Source of the DNA: Octopus sinensis
Lineage: Eukaryota
Length of the DNA: 64,000 nt
Assembly (NCBI RefSeq): GCF_006345805.1
Contig: NC_043001.1
Span: forward strand, 83,576,001-83,640,000
Direction of reading: 5' to 3'
The translations under genes were made by a program, and so were the position numbers. The notes beneath the pieces were generated by a model. It did no database searches. It was not told the DNA's origin and saw only the letters and a program-made list of their open reading frames with translations. This document shows positions 12,141 through 25,096 of the stretch, piece after piece. Each line of letters starts with the position of its first letter. Within the stretch, counting starts at the first letter, position 1.

Positions 12141-13107
12141 AGATAATGATTGATTAATTCAAAACAATGTAAATAAATAAGCATTAAGCATTACATTGAC
12201 AGAATAATCTGAATGCTAAAGGGTTAAACAATTGCACAATTTACTTAGTGCCAGCTCTGAAGTTCAAGTGAATATGATATTTGTGAAATGTGGAAACAAA
12301 GAAGAGGTCTTTTGACAATGAATTTAAACAAAACAATGATCAAAAGAAATGGAACAGTTGTTACAGTTTAATCCTCAGGTCAGCTGGTTTACTTCGCTCA
12401 GACATAATCACCCTGTATTTTATGTAATTTTATTTCCTGTTTGAAGCAAATTTTACTTTATTGAAAAACACCTATGCCATACACTTTTAATCCTCTCCTC
12501 TATACATTTGCGACTTCCTGACATAATATTATGTTTCTGTTATCATGTCTACATCAATGATTAGTATTCCTAGAGTGATTCATAAATCAGTAGTCTTTTT
12601 TGGTTTTACAATTTAAATTCAAATCTTTCTAAGGTTGGCTCTACTTCTCTTTGTTTTTGGTTCACTATAGCAAGAATCAGTGAACTACTTCAATTTATTC
12701 AATTGGCTGTTACTATTACTGCCTCATCTCAAATTTCTGGCCTTGTATCTTTGTTAAAAATCATAATATGATATTTAATAAGGTTTTAATGTATAATGTT
12801 TTAATTATTGCACTTTGGAAATGATGCACAAAGAATTACAAATGACAGCTGAGCTAACAGCATTAAAATTGTTTAGTATTAACTTCATTTTATCTCCAGG
12901 ATTAATAATTATTATTCTCATTGGTTAATAGTGTATATTATTCAATGAGCCTATTTTTCCCCCCAAGATAATAAGATGTGATTTGAAAGGGATTTATGCT
13001 CATTTTAACAGGTCGAGTAACTACACAGATGTCTTCCCTTATAGCTTTCTGACTATAAAGCTGGAGAATTTACAATTAACTAGTATATACACCTCTTTCT
13101 CAAATTA

Positions 13108-13147
<40 letters not shown>

Positions 13148-13897
13148 CCTCTCTCTCTCTTTCGGAGAGGCACTGAGCAGCTATACGCACACATACACAC
13201 ACGGCAGTAACTTCCACCTACCAAATTCAATCACAAAGCTCTGGTCGGCTCGGGGCTATAGCGGAAGACACCTACCCAAAGTGCCACGCAGTGGGACTGA
13301 ACCCGAAACCATGTAGCTAGGAAGCAAGCTCCCTAACCACACAGCCATGCCCATATATATATATATATATATATCATCATCATCATCGTTTAACGTCCGC
13401 TTTCCATGCTAGCATGGGTTGGACCATTTGACTGAGGTCTGGAGAACCAGATAGCTGCACCTAACTCCAATCTGATCTGGCAGAGTTTCTACAGCTGGAC
13501 GCCTTTCCTAATGCCAACCACTCCGAGAGTGTAGTGGGTACTTTTATGTGCCACTGGCTTGAGGGCCAGTCAGGCGGTACTGGCAATGGCCTCGCTCAAA
13601 TGGTGCTTTTTATGTGCCACCTGCACAGGAGCCAATCCAGCGGCACTGGCAACGACCTCGATTGAATGTTTTTTCCCTTGCCACCAGCACAAGTGCCAGT
13701 AAGGCGACGCAGGTAGCGATCACGCTTGAATGGTGCTTTTTAAGTTCCACCAGCACGGAGGCTAGCTTGTTGCTCTGGCAATGATCATGCTCATATGGTA
13801 CTCTTAGCGCTCCACTAGCACGGATGCCAGTCATCGAATTTGATTTCGATTTCACTTACCTGAACAGGTCTTTGCAAGCAGAGTTTAGTGTCCAATG

Positions 13898-13938
<41 letters not shown>

Positions 13939-15194
13939 CCAAATTAGCATATATGTTTTTTTCTCTGAAATTAGTATATACACTTGTTTTTCAAATTAGT
14001 ATAAATACCCGCTTTCTGAAATTAATATCTATATACCTTTCTTAGTAATACTTCTCAAATTATCTCCCTTCAGCAAGACATCCATTCCAATCTGGCTATC
14101 ACATTATTAAATCTAAGTTTAATTACATAATTTCTGATTACCTGAATACATTAATAAAGAAAAAAAAGAAAAGAAAACCCATAACCTCAATATCAACATT
14201 ATAAAAAAAAGGGGCCAGGTTATAAAAGAACCCACAGCACTATCATGTCTCACTACATACAATGAGCCAGATGGAAATTTGGGGTCAGATTTTCTGTTGC
14301 TAGATGCCCCTATGCTCTTCCTGTTGCAAACCTTCACTATTTCCAAGATGAATTTCACAGATTGTATGACAGTGACACTCATTTATAACTATCACGAGTC
14401 ATCAAGTGAAAGTGACATTAATACACACCTGCCCTCTCATCCAAGGCAGAGGAATATACAATACTGTATGAGCCGCATTAGCTTACAGCTGTTTCTGCTA
14501 TAAGATGCAGTGGACTCATAGCTGAGTACATGAGTAACAACTTATAGCTTCATCAGAGCCTTGATTATATATATATATATATATATATATGGATATAGAT
14601 ATATATACATACACACACACGCATACTCTGTACTCTTTAACTTGTTTCAGTCATTTGACTGCAGCCATGCTGGAGCACCACCTTTAGTCGAAGAAACCGA
14701 CTCAAGGATTAATTTTATTGGTGTCTTTTGCCAAACCGCTAAGTTACGGGAGCATAAATACAGACACACAAACACACACACACACACATATATCTATATA
14801 TATATGTATATATGCATATGTATATATCCATATATGACAGGCTTCTTTCAGTTTCCATCTACCAAATCCAGTCACAAGGCTTTTGCCTCCATCAACCAGG
14901 ATAAAGCTGCCTCGAGGTTTGAAGTAATGTAAACTACATAATGGCCTTACAAATGCTGGTGGCATAGAAAAAGCACCCAGTACATGCTGTAGGTGGTTGG
15001 TTAGGAAGAGCATCCGGCAGGATGTAGTCCTTGGATCCACTGGATCTTTCAAACTGTCCAACCCATACAAGCATGGAACATGGATATCAAATGATGACAA
15101 CGATGGCAATGATGACGATGAAGATGATGATGATGATCATCATCATCATCATTACAATACTTTACAATCAAGAGGTGAAAAATTTACAACTTAC

Positions 15195-15272
15195 ATTTGG
15201 TAAGGTCCTGAACAAGGGGCCAACAACAAGGAGTACTATTAGGATTAGCACCGATGAGAATAAACCAGTCAC
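15195..15272 (-). CDS. SLC26: SLC26 coding exon 9 (VTGLFSSVLILIVLLVVGPLFRTLPN; 78 nt)
   Basis: Not in the ORF track. Acceptor gttgctacAG, donor GTAAGT. Encodes TM11. Confidence 0.95.
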
Positions 15273-15379
15273 CTGTAGCAACAAAGAGTTGTATAGTTAA
15301 TGAAGTAGGAAAGGCCTATTTGCATTCTGGTACTTAAAACTGCGAAACTAAACAACAAAAAAAACTGGAGGAGGATTGT

Positions 15380-16095
15380 CGACACTATGTTAGTGAACAT
15401 AGTAGTGGTAAACATTGAAAAAGAACACAGTGTAGATGTACACAATGTGGTAGTAGAACATACTGTAACAGTAAAGATGAAAGTGGTATACACTGTTGTG
15501 GTAAACAATTGTACTATTATACATTAGTTTCATAAAGTGCAGTAGAATCTATTTTAATAGTAAACAGTTCAGTAAACCATCAGTAGACAGTTCATCAATG
15601 AACAACACTCCAGCAAGAACAAAGATAATGAACAGTCCAGCAGTAAATAGTATAATTTTCATCAGATAACCAGCAGCATACCTATTTCTTTACTGCCCAC
15701 AAGGGGCTAAACAGAGAGGGGACAAACAAAAATGGATTAAGTCGATTACATTGACCCCAGTGCGTAACTGGTATTTAATTTACCGACCCCGAAAGGATGA
15801 AAGGCAAAGTTGACCTTGGCAGAATTTGAACTCAGAACGCAACAGCAGACGAAATATGGCTATGCATTTCGCCCGGTGTGCTAACGTTTCTGCCAGCTCG
15901 CCGCCTTAATAACCAGCAGCATACCACATCAGTAAACACTTCACCAGCAGCAAACCATACTAATAAATAGTTCACAAGTAGGATACCACATTAGTAAACA
16001 ATTCATCAGTAAACAGTTCACTAACATCATAGCACAATAGTAAACAGTTCACCAGCAACATACCACATCAGTAAACAGTTCACCATAAAATATTA
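15380..16095. repeat. Degenerate minisatellite (about 30-bp unit CAGTAAACAGTTCACCAGCAGCATACCACAT), interrupted by an S1 SINE and a mariner
   Basis: Recurrent AGTAAACAGTTCA cores at about 15560-15650 and 15925-16085; faint continuation at 17490-17610. Confidence 0.65.
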
Positions 16096-17415
16096 TCAGG
16101 TCATTAAGAATGAAATGTCCGATTTTCTTATTACCAAGTTTGACAGTCATCAACTCTAATGTTTTATCCTGATAATACTTTGTTTTGCAACATTGAAGAG
16201 TTACATCATCACTTTTCGAAATACAATTCATGCAGTTTGATTATATTATGAGTTTTCTCTTGTAAATCAATTTTTGTGAACCCATGGAGTGATAAAAAAA
16301 TTCATGTTGTTTAATGTATATGAGTTCCGTCATGGAACCAATGCATCCCAGACAGCTCGAAACATCAATGAGGTGTTTGATGAAGATGTGGCAAATGAGT
16401 GCACTGTATGTCGATGGTTTGAGAAGTTCCAGTCTGGTGACTTTACTCTTGAAAATGAGCCCTTTGGTAGACCTGAGACCAAGGTGGATAATGATGAGCT
16501 GGAGAGTTAGCAGCAAGGTTTGATATTTCGATTCCAACTGTATTGGACCATCTGAAACAAATCAGCAAGGGAAAAGAAGCTGGACAGGTGGGTACCACAT
16601 GAACTGAACGAGCATCAAATGACATGTCATCTTAAAACTCGCTGTCATGGCATAAAAGCAAACCATTTTTGTATCATATTGTTATGTGTGATGAAAAATG
16701 GGTTCTTTCCAACAAGCAAGTGTTCTGCACAGTGGTTGGATAGAGAAGAAATGCCAAAACACAGTCCAAAACCCTGTACTTAACTCCATGTCCCCCTACA
16801 TGGCCTTGCTATTTGCTTTTGAGCCAAATTAACTAACTAACTAACTAACAAAACAGAATATTGCCCCCCAAAAAGCTAAAGATGTCTGTTTGGTGGTCCA
16901 GCACTGGTGTCATCCACTACAGCTTTATGAGACCTGGTAAGTCAATTACAGCAGATGTATACCTCAACCAACTGGATGAAATGGTGAGTGAACTAGCAAT
17001 TAAACAACTGAGACTGGTCAATAGAGATAGGCTAATTCTCTTGCAAGACAATGCTCGATCACATGTTGCACAAAGAACACTACTCAAGTTACAGGAACTG
17101 AACTTGGAAGTATTCTGTCATCCACCATATTCACCAGACCTTGCACCAACTGACTATTACATTTTCCAGGCATTTGACAACTTTTTGCAAGGAAAAAACT
17201 TCAAACCTGAAGAAGATGCAAAAATATCTATTGCGATTTCATCACCTCTTGCTCTCCAGTATTCTTCACTGCTGGCATAAATAAGCTATTGATGAAATGA
17301 CAAAATTGTGTTCATAATTTAGGTGCATACTTTAATTAACTGCATTGCTTTTTGTTGAGATAAAGTAAAATAAACTTTCAGTTCAAAATCAGACATTTTA
17401 TTCTTAACGAACTGA
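16096..17415 (+). mobile_element. Full-length decayed mariner transposon (DD34D, Hsmar1/cecropia-like), 1320 bp
   Basis: 31-bp TIRs TCAGGTCATTAAGAATGAAATGTCCGATTTT (27/31 match) with TA on both sides (16094-95, 17416-17). Transposase motifs WVPHEL, MCDEKW, LLQDNARSH and HPPYSPDLAPTDY are present, with frameshifts and stops. Confidence 0.93.
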
Positions 17416-17714
17416 TACTTTAGGTCATTATACTATAATAAAATACAATATTTTGTTAAATATAACAATGATTGAACATCTTGTTAATAAACGCTATATT
17501 AGTAAACAGTTAAACAGTGAATAATAATCAATAAATAATATAGTGGTGAACATAATATCATTAAAAAAAAATTCCTAAGTAAAATAGTTAATCAGTAAAC
17601 ACTGCATTGGTAATCTAATCTCATTTTTTAAAAACTAAAACTTGTGAACAGTTGAGTACTGTTCTTTGTTGAACAGAAAAAAAAAATAAACAAACAAGGT
17701 GTTTATCACTTTAC

Positions 17715-17828
17715 CTGAGTTTTACAGCCAACATTTTCTTGGACAAGACTTCTTGAGAGTGAGACGGCACTGCAGAAGGCTGAGAAAAAGGAACTGAAGA
17801 CATTGCAGAAACCATAAGCAATTAATTC
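17715..17828 (-). CDS. SLC26: SLC26 coding exon 8 ([38 protein letters not shown]; 114 nt)
   Basis: Not in the ORF track. Acceptor ctttgttgcAG, donor CAG|GTAAAG. Encodes TM9-10 with the anion-site motif SLSRS. Confidence 0.96.
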
Positions 17829-17902
17829 CTGCAACAAAGAACAGATGTTTCACAGAACTGTTAGCAAATGCAGTTCTATATTTAAGAAATGAGGAATTAT
17901 GT

Positions 17903-18219
17903 ACATTATTTACATTCGACGGATGTTTGTCCTCATCTTGTTTGTTGTTAACATAAGCCTACGGGCATATGGCGCAGTGGTTAAGAGCGCGGGCTACTAA
18001 CCCCAAGATTCCAAGTTCAATTCCAAGCAGTGACCTGAACACTAACAACAACAACACTCATAATAATAATAATAATAATAACATCAAAAATACCTTGGGA
18101 ATGAGAACCCAGGTTTGAAATTTCCCCAAGACACCTGAAGAAGGCTGGAGGGTATATCAGTCGAAACGTGTTAACAACAAACAAGATGAGGACAAATATT
18201 CATCGAATGTAAATAATGT
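17903..18219 (+). mobile_element. tRNA-headed short element with hammerhead-like motif and 51-bp inverted ends
   Basis: A box TGGCGCAGTGG 17970-80; B box-like AGTTCAATTCC 18014-24; (TAA)n; CTGAAGA-A-GGCTG..CAGTC-GAAAC at 18135-67. Arms 17903-53 and 18169-219 match 48/51. Confidence 0.7.
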
Positions 18220-19796
18220 TAGCAAGTGCTTCTGGTATTTATGGTATTATCATATCAGTGTTACAGAAAGTTACTAAATACCTTTCACATACTGTCATAC
18301 TGTCTTAAAAACAAAGAAGGCTATGTGTCATGTAACTGGCACCGATGCTGGTGACATGTAAAAAGCCCCTTTTGAATGTTGGGCCTCATGGAGGCAATGT
18401 GTCATGTACAAAGTACTTTCAAGTGTTGGGCCTCATAAAGGCAATGACAGATGACCAAGACCTTTGGCAATATGCTGGGCATGAAAAGAAGATCCTTCAA
18501 GTCAAGCGAAATTGTAGTCATGGCAGATACTAGTGTCATGTAACTAGCACCCATGCCGGTAGCATGTAAAAGTACCCATTACACTCTTAGAGTTGTTGGT
18601 GTTAGGAAGGGCATCCAATTGTAGAAACCATACCAAATCAGACTGGTCAAACTATCCAACCCATGCCAGCATGGACAACAGGCATTAAATAATGATGATG
18701 ATTCTAGACAGAATACCTTTACCTTTTGCACATTTCAGGTACTGGAACAGCAGCCAAGCTGGAGCACTACCTTGAAGGGTTTAGTCAAACAAATCAACCC
18801 CTAGTACTGATGTTTTTCCAAGAGTGGTACTTATTCTATTAGTTTCCTTTGCTGAACAGCTAAGTCACAAGAATGCAACACTGGTCGTGAAGCAATGGTT
18901 GGGTGGCGGGAGTGGGAGTGTGGACCAAACACATATACAAAGACACACGAATACATATATACAATGGGCTTCCACACAGTTTCCTTCTACCCTAAATTCA
19001 CTCACAAGGAATTGATCAGCCCAGGTCCATAGTAGAAGACACTAAGCCAAAGAGACACTGGCTGTGCAGTGGTACAGAACCCAATATCATATGGTTACAA
19101 AGTGAGCTTTTTAGCCACACGGCCATGCTTGCGCATATGTCGGCAAAAGTTATGATTAGTTTAGTGTAGAGACAATGGTTGTGCTCCTGAAACTAGTGGG
19201 ATTAATACCCTTAACTTTCTATCTAAGCTGTTGCAAGGAAGTGGCTGCATGGTAAAAAGCTTGCTTCCCAACCACATGGTTTAGGGTTCAGTCCCACTGC
19301 ATGGCACTTTGGGCAAGTGGTGTCTACTCTAACATCAGGCTGACCAAAGCCTTGAGTGGATTTGGTAGACAGGGACTGAAAGAAGCCCATCATGTGTGTG
19401 TGTGTGTTTGTACTCCACCACTGCTTGACAACTGGTGTTGGTGTGTTTATGTCTCTGTAACTTAGTGGTTCAGCAAAAAGGACCAACAGAATAAATACCA
19501 AGTTTTAAGAAAACAAAAATAAATTCTGGCTTTGATCCATTTGACTAAAATCCTTCAAGGCAGTGTTCCAGCATGGCTGTAGTCAAATGACTGAAACAAG
19601 TAAAAGAGTAAAAGAATAGGAACAGAATTCCAAAGGACCAAAGTTCTAAGAAGAAAGATTAAATAATAAAATTCTAAAGGACAAATAATAATGGTAGGAC
19701 ATGTGTCTGAATGAAGGTAGTCTGAGACCAGCTAGGGACAAGAAGCAGAAGTAGTTGCAGTTGAAGTAGAACAATTAGAGAGAGGAGACAGTGTAT

Positions 19797-20436
19797 CATT
19801 TCTTTACTGCCCGTAGGGAGCTAAACATAGAGGGGACAAACAAGGACAAACAAAGAGATTAAGTCAATTACATCGACCCCAGTGTGTAACTGGTACTTAT
19901 TTAATCGAGCCCAAAAGAATGAAAGGCAAAGTCGACCTCGGTGGAATTTGAACTCAGAACGTAGTGGCAGACAAAACACCACTAAGCATTTTGCCCAGCA
20001 TGCTAACGTTTCTTATTTCTTTATTGCCCACAAGGGGCTAAACATAGAGGGGACAAACAAGGACAAACAAGGGGTTAAGTCGATTACATCAATCCCAGTG
20101 CGTAACTGGTACTTATTTAATCGACCCCCGAAAGAATGAAAGGCAAAGTCGACCTCAGCAGAATTTCAACCCAGAACGTAGTGGCAGATGAAATATCTAT
20201 TTCTATTTCTTTACTGCCTACAAGGGGCTACACACAGAGGGGAGAAACAAGGACAGACAAACGGATTAAGTGAATTATATCGACGCCAGTGTGTAACTGG
20301 TACATATTTAATTGACCCCGAAAGGATGAAAGGCAAAGGCGACCTCGGCGGAATTTGAACTCAGAACGTAGTAGCAGACGAAATACTGCTAAGCATTTCG
20401 CCCAGCGTGCTAACGTTTCTGCCAGCTCGCCGCCCT
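19797..20436 (-). mobile_element. Head-to-tail trimer of S1 SINEs within one 10-bp TSD (GACAGTGTAT)
   Basis: One full unit and two 5'-truncated units. GACAGTGTAT at 19787-96 and 20438-47. Confidence 0.75.
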
Positions 20437-20757
20437 GACAGTGTATCTGTGAGCCAGAGACTGGAGTGTGCTTATAAGTGACTTCCTGCCTATCAGCTGA
20501 CTGGTATTTTCTACACACAATCTAAGGTCAGCCAGCTACAAGAGGCAGAAGCAGTTGCTGTAGGAGTAGAAAAATGAGAAAGAAGAGACAGCATAGGTGC
20601 AGGTGTGGCGGTGTGGTAAGAACCTTACTTCGCAACTCCATGGTTTCAAGTTCAGTCCCACTGTGTGGCACCTTGAGCAAATGTCTTCTACTATAGCCTT
20701 GGGCCGACCAAAGCCTTATGAATGGATGTGGTAGATGGAGACTGAGAGAAGCCCGTC

Positions 20758-20789
<32 letters not shown>

Positions 20790-23700
20790 CAGTGTTTGTT
20801 CCCACCATCACTACTTGATAACTGATGTTGGTGTGTTTACATCCCTGTAACTTAGCAGTTTGGCAAAAGGACTTGATAGAATAAGTACTAGGCTTAAGAA
20901 ATAAATCCTGGTGTTGATTTGTTTGACTAAAACCTTTCAAGCATGGCTGCAGCTAAATGACTGAAACAAGTAAAAGAATATCTGTAAGCTAGAGGCTGAA
21001 GTATGTTTATAAGTGACACCTACAAGAAATAGCAGTTAAAATCTTTTAAAATCATTTGAGTGGTATTTTCTATATATAATCTAAGATGTATGTATATGTA
21101 GTAGTAAAGCTGTCCTAGATGTAGGAGCAATACTCCATTATGGGTATCCCTGAGCTTTGTAAGGAGTCAGTATTTGTTATGACCTGAAATATTTACTGGC
21201 TTTGAAGAGGAAGGGCCCTCTTTTTTTTTGTTTTGTTTTGTTTTGTGATACAGTCTTTATTCTGTTAAAACAGTGTACCTATGAGGGACAGTGAGGCCTA
21301 GCACTTGAGGGGATCACAAGGGCTTTAGCTGAGGACTGCTCATGTTCATAGAGGCACCATCGTGACTGACATGCAACATGTCTTGGGCAGTTTTTGATCT
21401 GGCAGAGCCAACCCCACTCCAGGAAACCATATCATAGCCAGTATCGTCAACAGCCATCTTTTACATGAGCCAATGAAGGAATCTCAATGTGGTCACTCAC
21501 TCTATTAGAAATAGCAGTTAAAATCTTTTAAAAATCAAACTCAACTGAAGGACATATTAGACAATGCAGTATCAGATACCCTAAAACAAAAAGAATTCTC
21601 ATGACTGAACATGTATGATTAAGAGCCATCCATTGTTATTAGTGTCTGACAGCATAACAGTAAGCTGTCTGTCATTTTTGAGTTATGTTGGCTCTTGCAA
21701 ATGATATCAATCTGGCTGTGTGGGCATAGAGTTGGTTGACACTTTGCACAATAGCATTAAGGTTTGTAGAAGAGTCATCAGAATTCGCATGACATAGTGG
21801 TAGCAGAAGAAGGTTTGAACACAAATTGAACATAATTATAGGTAGTAGCAGTTAGTTTGACAGATCAAAGTTACCGACATAGAGCTGAGTCGCAAATGCT
21901 TATAAACTTGTAAACATATGTTGCCCAATCATGTCAATCTGCACTTGTAAGCATGTGTTGTGCTGGGCTGATCTATCACAAAGAAGATCGTTTGTTTGAA
22001 AACTGGTGTTCCCGACAGGAATAGAGAATAACAACAATAAAGTTACATATAAAAGTTCACATATATTTTGCACTTGTCATCAGAAGTGCAGACCTCTTCT
22101 AGTTTAAATGGTCAATAAATCAAAGTTAATAAAAACAGTATGTGTTTGTACAGAGGTTGATGAAGTACAATTCGGAACTAGTACTGTATGCAGTGAAGAA
22201 CTTTGCTTTCATTCAACCTAACATTAAAAAAAAAATAATAATAACAAGGTTTGAATAAATGTATGGTAAAATATCCTCATATATATGCCTGAGATGGTCA
22301 AATAAGTTGTGTAATACAATGCTGCAGAAGAAGAAATACATACATGCATACTCTTTTTTCTTTTTTTACTCTTTTTACTTGTTTCAGTCATTTGACTTCA
22401 GCCATGCTGGAGCACCGCCTTTAGTCGAGCAAATTGACCCCAGGACTTATTCTTTGTAAGCCCAGTACTTATTCTATCGGCCTTTTTTGCCGAACCGCTA
22501 AGTGACGGTGACGTAAACACACCCGCATCGGTTGTCAAGCAATGCTAGGGGGACAAACACAGACACGCAAGCATATACACACACATACATATATATACAT
22601 ATACACGACAAGCCTCTTTCAGTTTCCGTCTACCAAATCCACTCACAAGGCTTTGGTTGGCCCGAGGCTATAGTAGAAGACACTTGCCCAAGATGCCACG
22701 CAGTGGGACTGAACCCGGAACCATGTGGTTGGTAAGCAAGCTACTTACCACACAGCCACTCCTGCGTCTATATATATATATCTTTTCTTTACTTGCTGTG
22801 TGTGTGCGTCTGTGTTTGGCCCTACCACTGCCTGATAAACAATTTTGGTTTGTTTATGTCTCTATAACTTAGCAGTTCTGCAAAAGATATTGATAGAATA
22901 AGTATCAGGTTTAAGACAAATGAAAAGAAAAGTACTGGGGCTGGTTCATTCAAATAAAACATTTTTCAAGGGAAGTGTCCCAGTATGGCTGCAGTCTAAT
23001 GACTGAAACAAGTAAAAGATGTAAAAGAAAAGATAAAGATATATCTCTTTTACTTGTTTCGGTCATTTGACTGTGGTCATGCTGGAGCACCACCTTTAGT
23101 CAAGCAATCAACCCCCAGGACTTATTCTTTGAAAGCCTAGTACTTATTCTATCGGTCTCTTTTGCCGAACCGCTAAGTTACGGGGATGTAAACACACCAC
23201 CATCGGTTGTCAAGTGATGTTGCGGGGACAAACACAGACACACACACACACATATATATGCATATACATATATATGATAGGCTTCTTTCAGTTTCCGTCT
23301 ACCAAATCCACTCAAGGCTTTGGTTGGCCCGAGGTAGATGGAAAGTTATATATATATATATATGTGCATGTGTGTGTGTGCGCACGTGTGTGTCTGTGTT
23401 TGTCTCCCCACCATCACTTGACAACTGATGTTGGTGTGTTTAGGTCCCCATAACTTAGCAGTGCAGCAAAAGACACTGATAAAATAAGTACTAAGCTTAC
23501 AAAGAATAAGTCCTGGGGTCGATTTGTTTGACTAAAGGCAGTGCTCCAGCATGGCTGCAGTCAAATGACTGAAACAAGTAAAAGAATTATATACATATAT
23601 ATATATATATATTTTTTTTTTTTTCTCTCTAATGCTCTCTCCTCATCCTCTCCTTCAAGGGGAAGGCCCAGTATCTCCTCTATAGTAAGTCAACTCTCTT

Positions 23701-24187
23701 TGTCCCTACTTTTATAGTCTAACCTCTCACCTAGCTCATCCACTTCTTCAGTTCCACTCCTCCTCTTTCAGTTGAGAAGCCTTTGTCTTACTAGCTACTT
23801 GGTGACCCCACTGGTACCATGTAAATTTACACAGTCAATACAGTGTAAAGTGGTTTGCATTAGGAAGGGCACCCAGCATAGAAATCATGCCAAAACAGAC
23901 AAATGGAGCCTGATGTGGCTCTCTAGCTTGCCAGCTCTTGTTGAACTATCCAATCCCTACCAGCATGGAACACAGAAGTTAAATGATGATATATTATATA
24001 AAACAAAATATGAGATTGCTAATAAGATATTTAGTTACACTATGTTATGTATGTTTCATTAACATAAGTTGACATAACCAAATTTATTATCAAATCACCA
24101 GAGACACATAACTTTTATAATAGAAAAAAGAAAAGGCATGTATTAACATCTATTTATCAGAAGATGAAGAAAACAAACAATTGTTAC

Positions 24188-24335
24188 CTGGTTGGGATTG
24201 ATATCATAGTCATGTTTCCTAGCTAGCATTTTACACATGGACACATTGATGGCAAAAGCTACAATAGATATGGCTATAGCATCTGTCACAACATCAGCCA
24301 AGTAGTTAAATGGTGGTGGTGTTGGTGCAGGAATA
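24188..24335 (-). CDS. SLC26: SLC26 coding exon 7 (IPAPTPPPFNYLADVVTDAIAISIVAFAINVSMCKMLARKHDYDINPNQ; 148 nt)
   Basis: Not in the ORF track; read by hand. Acceptor gtttcAG, donor CAG|GTAAC. Encodes TM8. Confidence 0.95.
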
Positions 24336-24808
24336 CTGAAACAACATCAGAACAAATGTGAGAAAACAATGATTGGATAAGGGTCAATTTGATTTAGTCC
24401 AAAATGGAATTTATAATTGAATTCAAGTATAATGTTTAAATTTATGAAAAAATTTTAATTTTTAATATGATTTTGCATAAAATACAATTTTGAATTATGA
24501 TAAATGAATGTAAGAAATATAATTTCAACATTTACTGTGTGTATCTGGCGCCAAAAATTGGAATATTCTAATCTTAAGTTTAATGTACTGGATGTTTTTA
24601 ATTTTGGGATAAAGTTTTGAATCTATGGTTTGATTTGGTGCAAAATACAATTTTCAACTAAATTAAAGTAAACATTTCCTACATACTGGAAATATAATAT
24701 CAAAATTTAACAAAAGAAAAGTTTGTAAAATCTTTCATAAATATCACTGTACTAAAAGTGAAGAATAACTGTATATAAATATATATATATGTGTGTGTGT
24801 GTGTGTGT

Positions 24809-24861
<53 letters not shown>

Positions 24862-24868
24862 TATATAT

Positions 24869-25096
24869 AAATAAATGGAGTTAAATGCAGGTGTTATTCA
24901 AATTCTTTTACTTCTGACACATGTTTCGAAGATATCCATCATTTTCTGTTAAATGTCTTATTGATGAGTTTCATTTCTTCACTTCCCTGAGAAGATTACA
25001 TTGTTTTACACCATTTTATTCCTTTGGAATAATACCAGTGATATCATCGAAACGTGTCGGAATTTGAATAACACCTGTATTTAACTCCATTTATTT
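24869..25096. mobile_element. 228-bp fold-back element with hammerhead-like architecture
   Basis: Inverted ends AAATAAATGGAGTTAAATRCAGGTGTTATTCAAATTC. Internal TTCC-CTGAGAA-GAT...ATC-GAAA-CGT-GTC-GGAA at 24983-25062. Confidence 0.65.

Noticed and set aside
15380-16095. CRISPR-like repeat-spacer array
   Set aside because: Units are degenerate, with no constant repeat and unique spacers, in a eukaryotic intron with no cas genes; it is an ordinary minisatellite.
16289-17280. Active mariner transposase
   Set aside because: Split by stops, frameshifts, a deletion and an 82-bp insertion.
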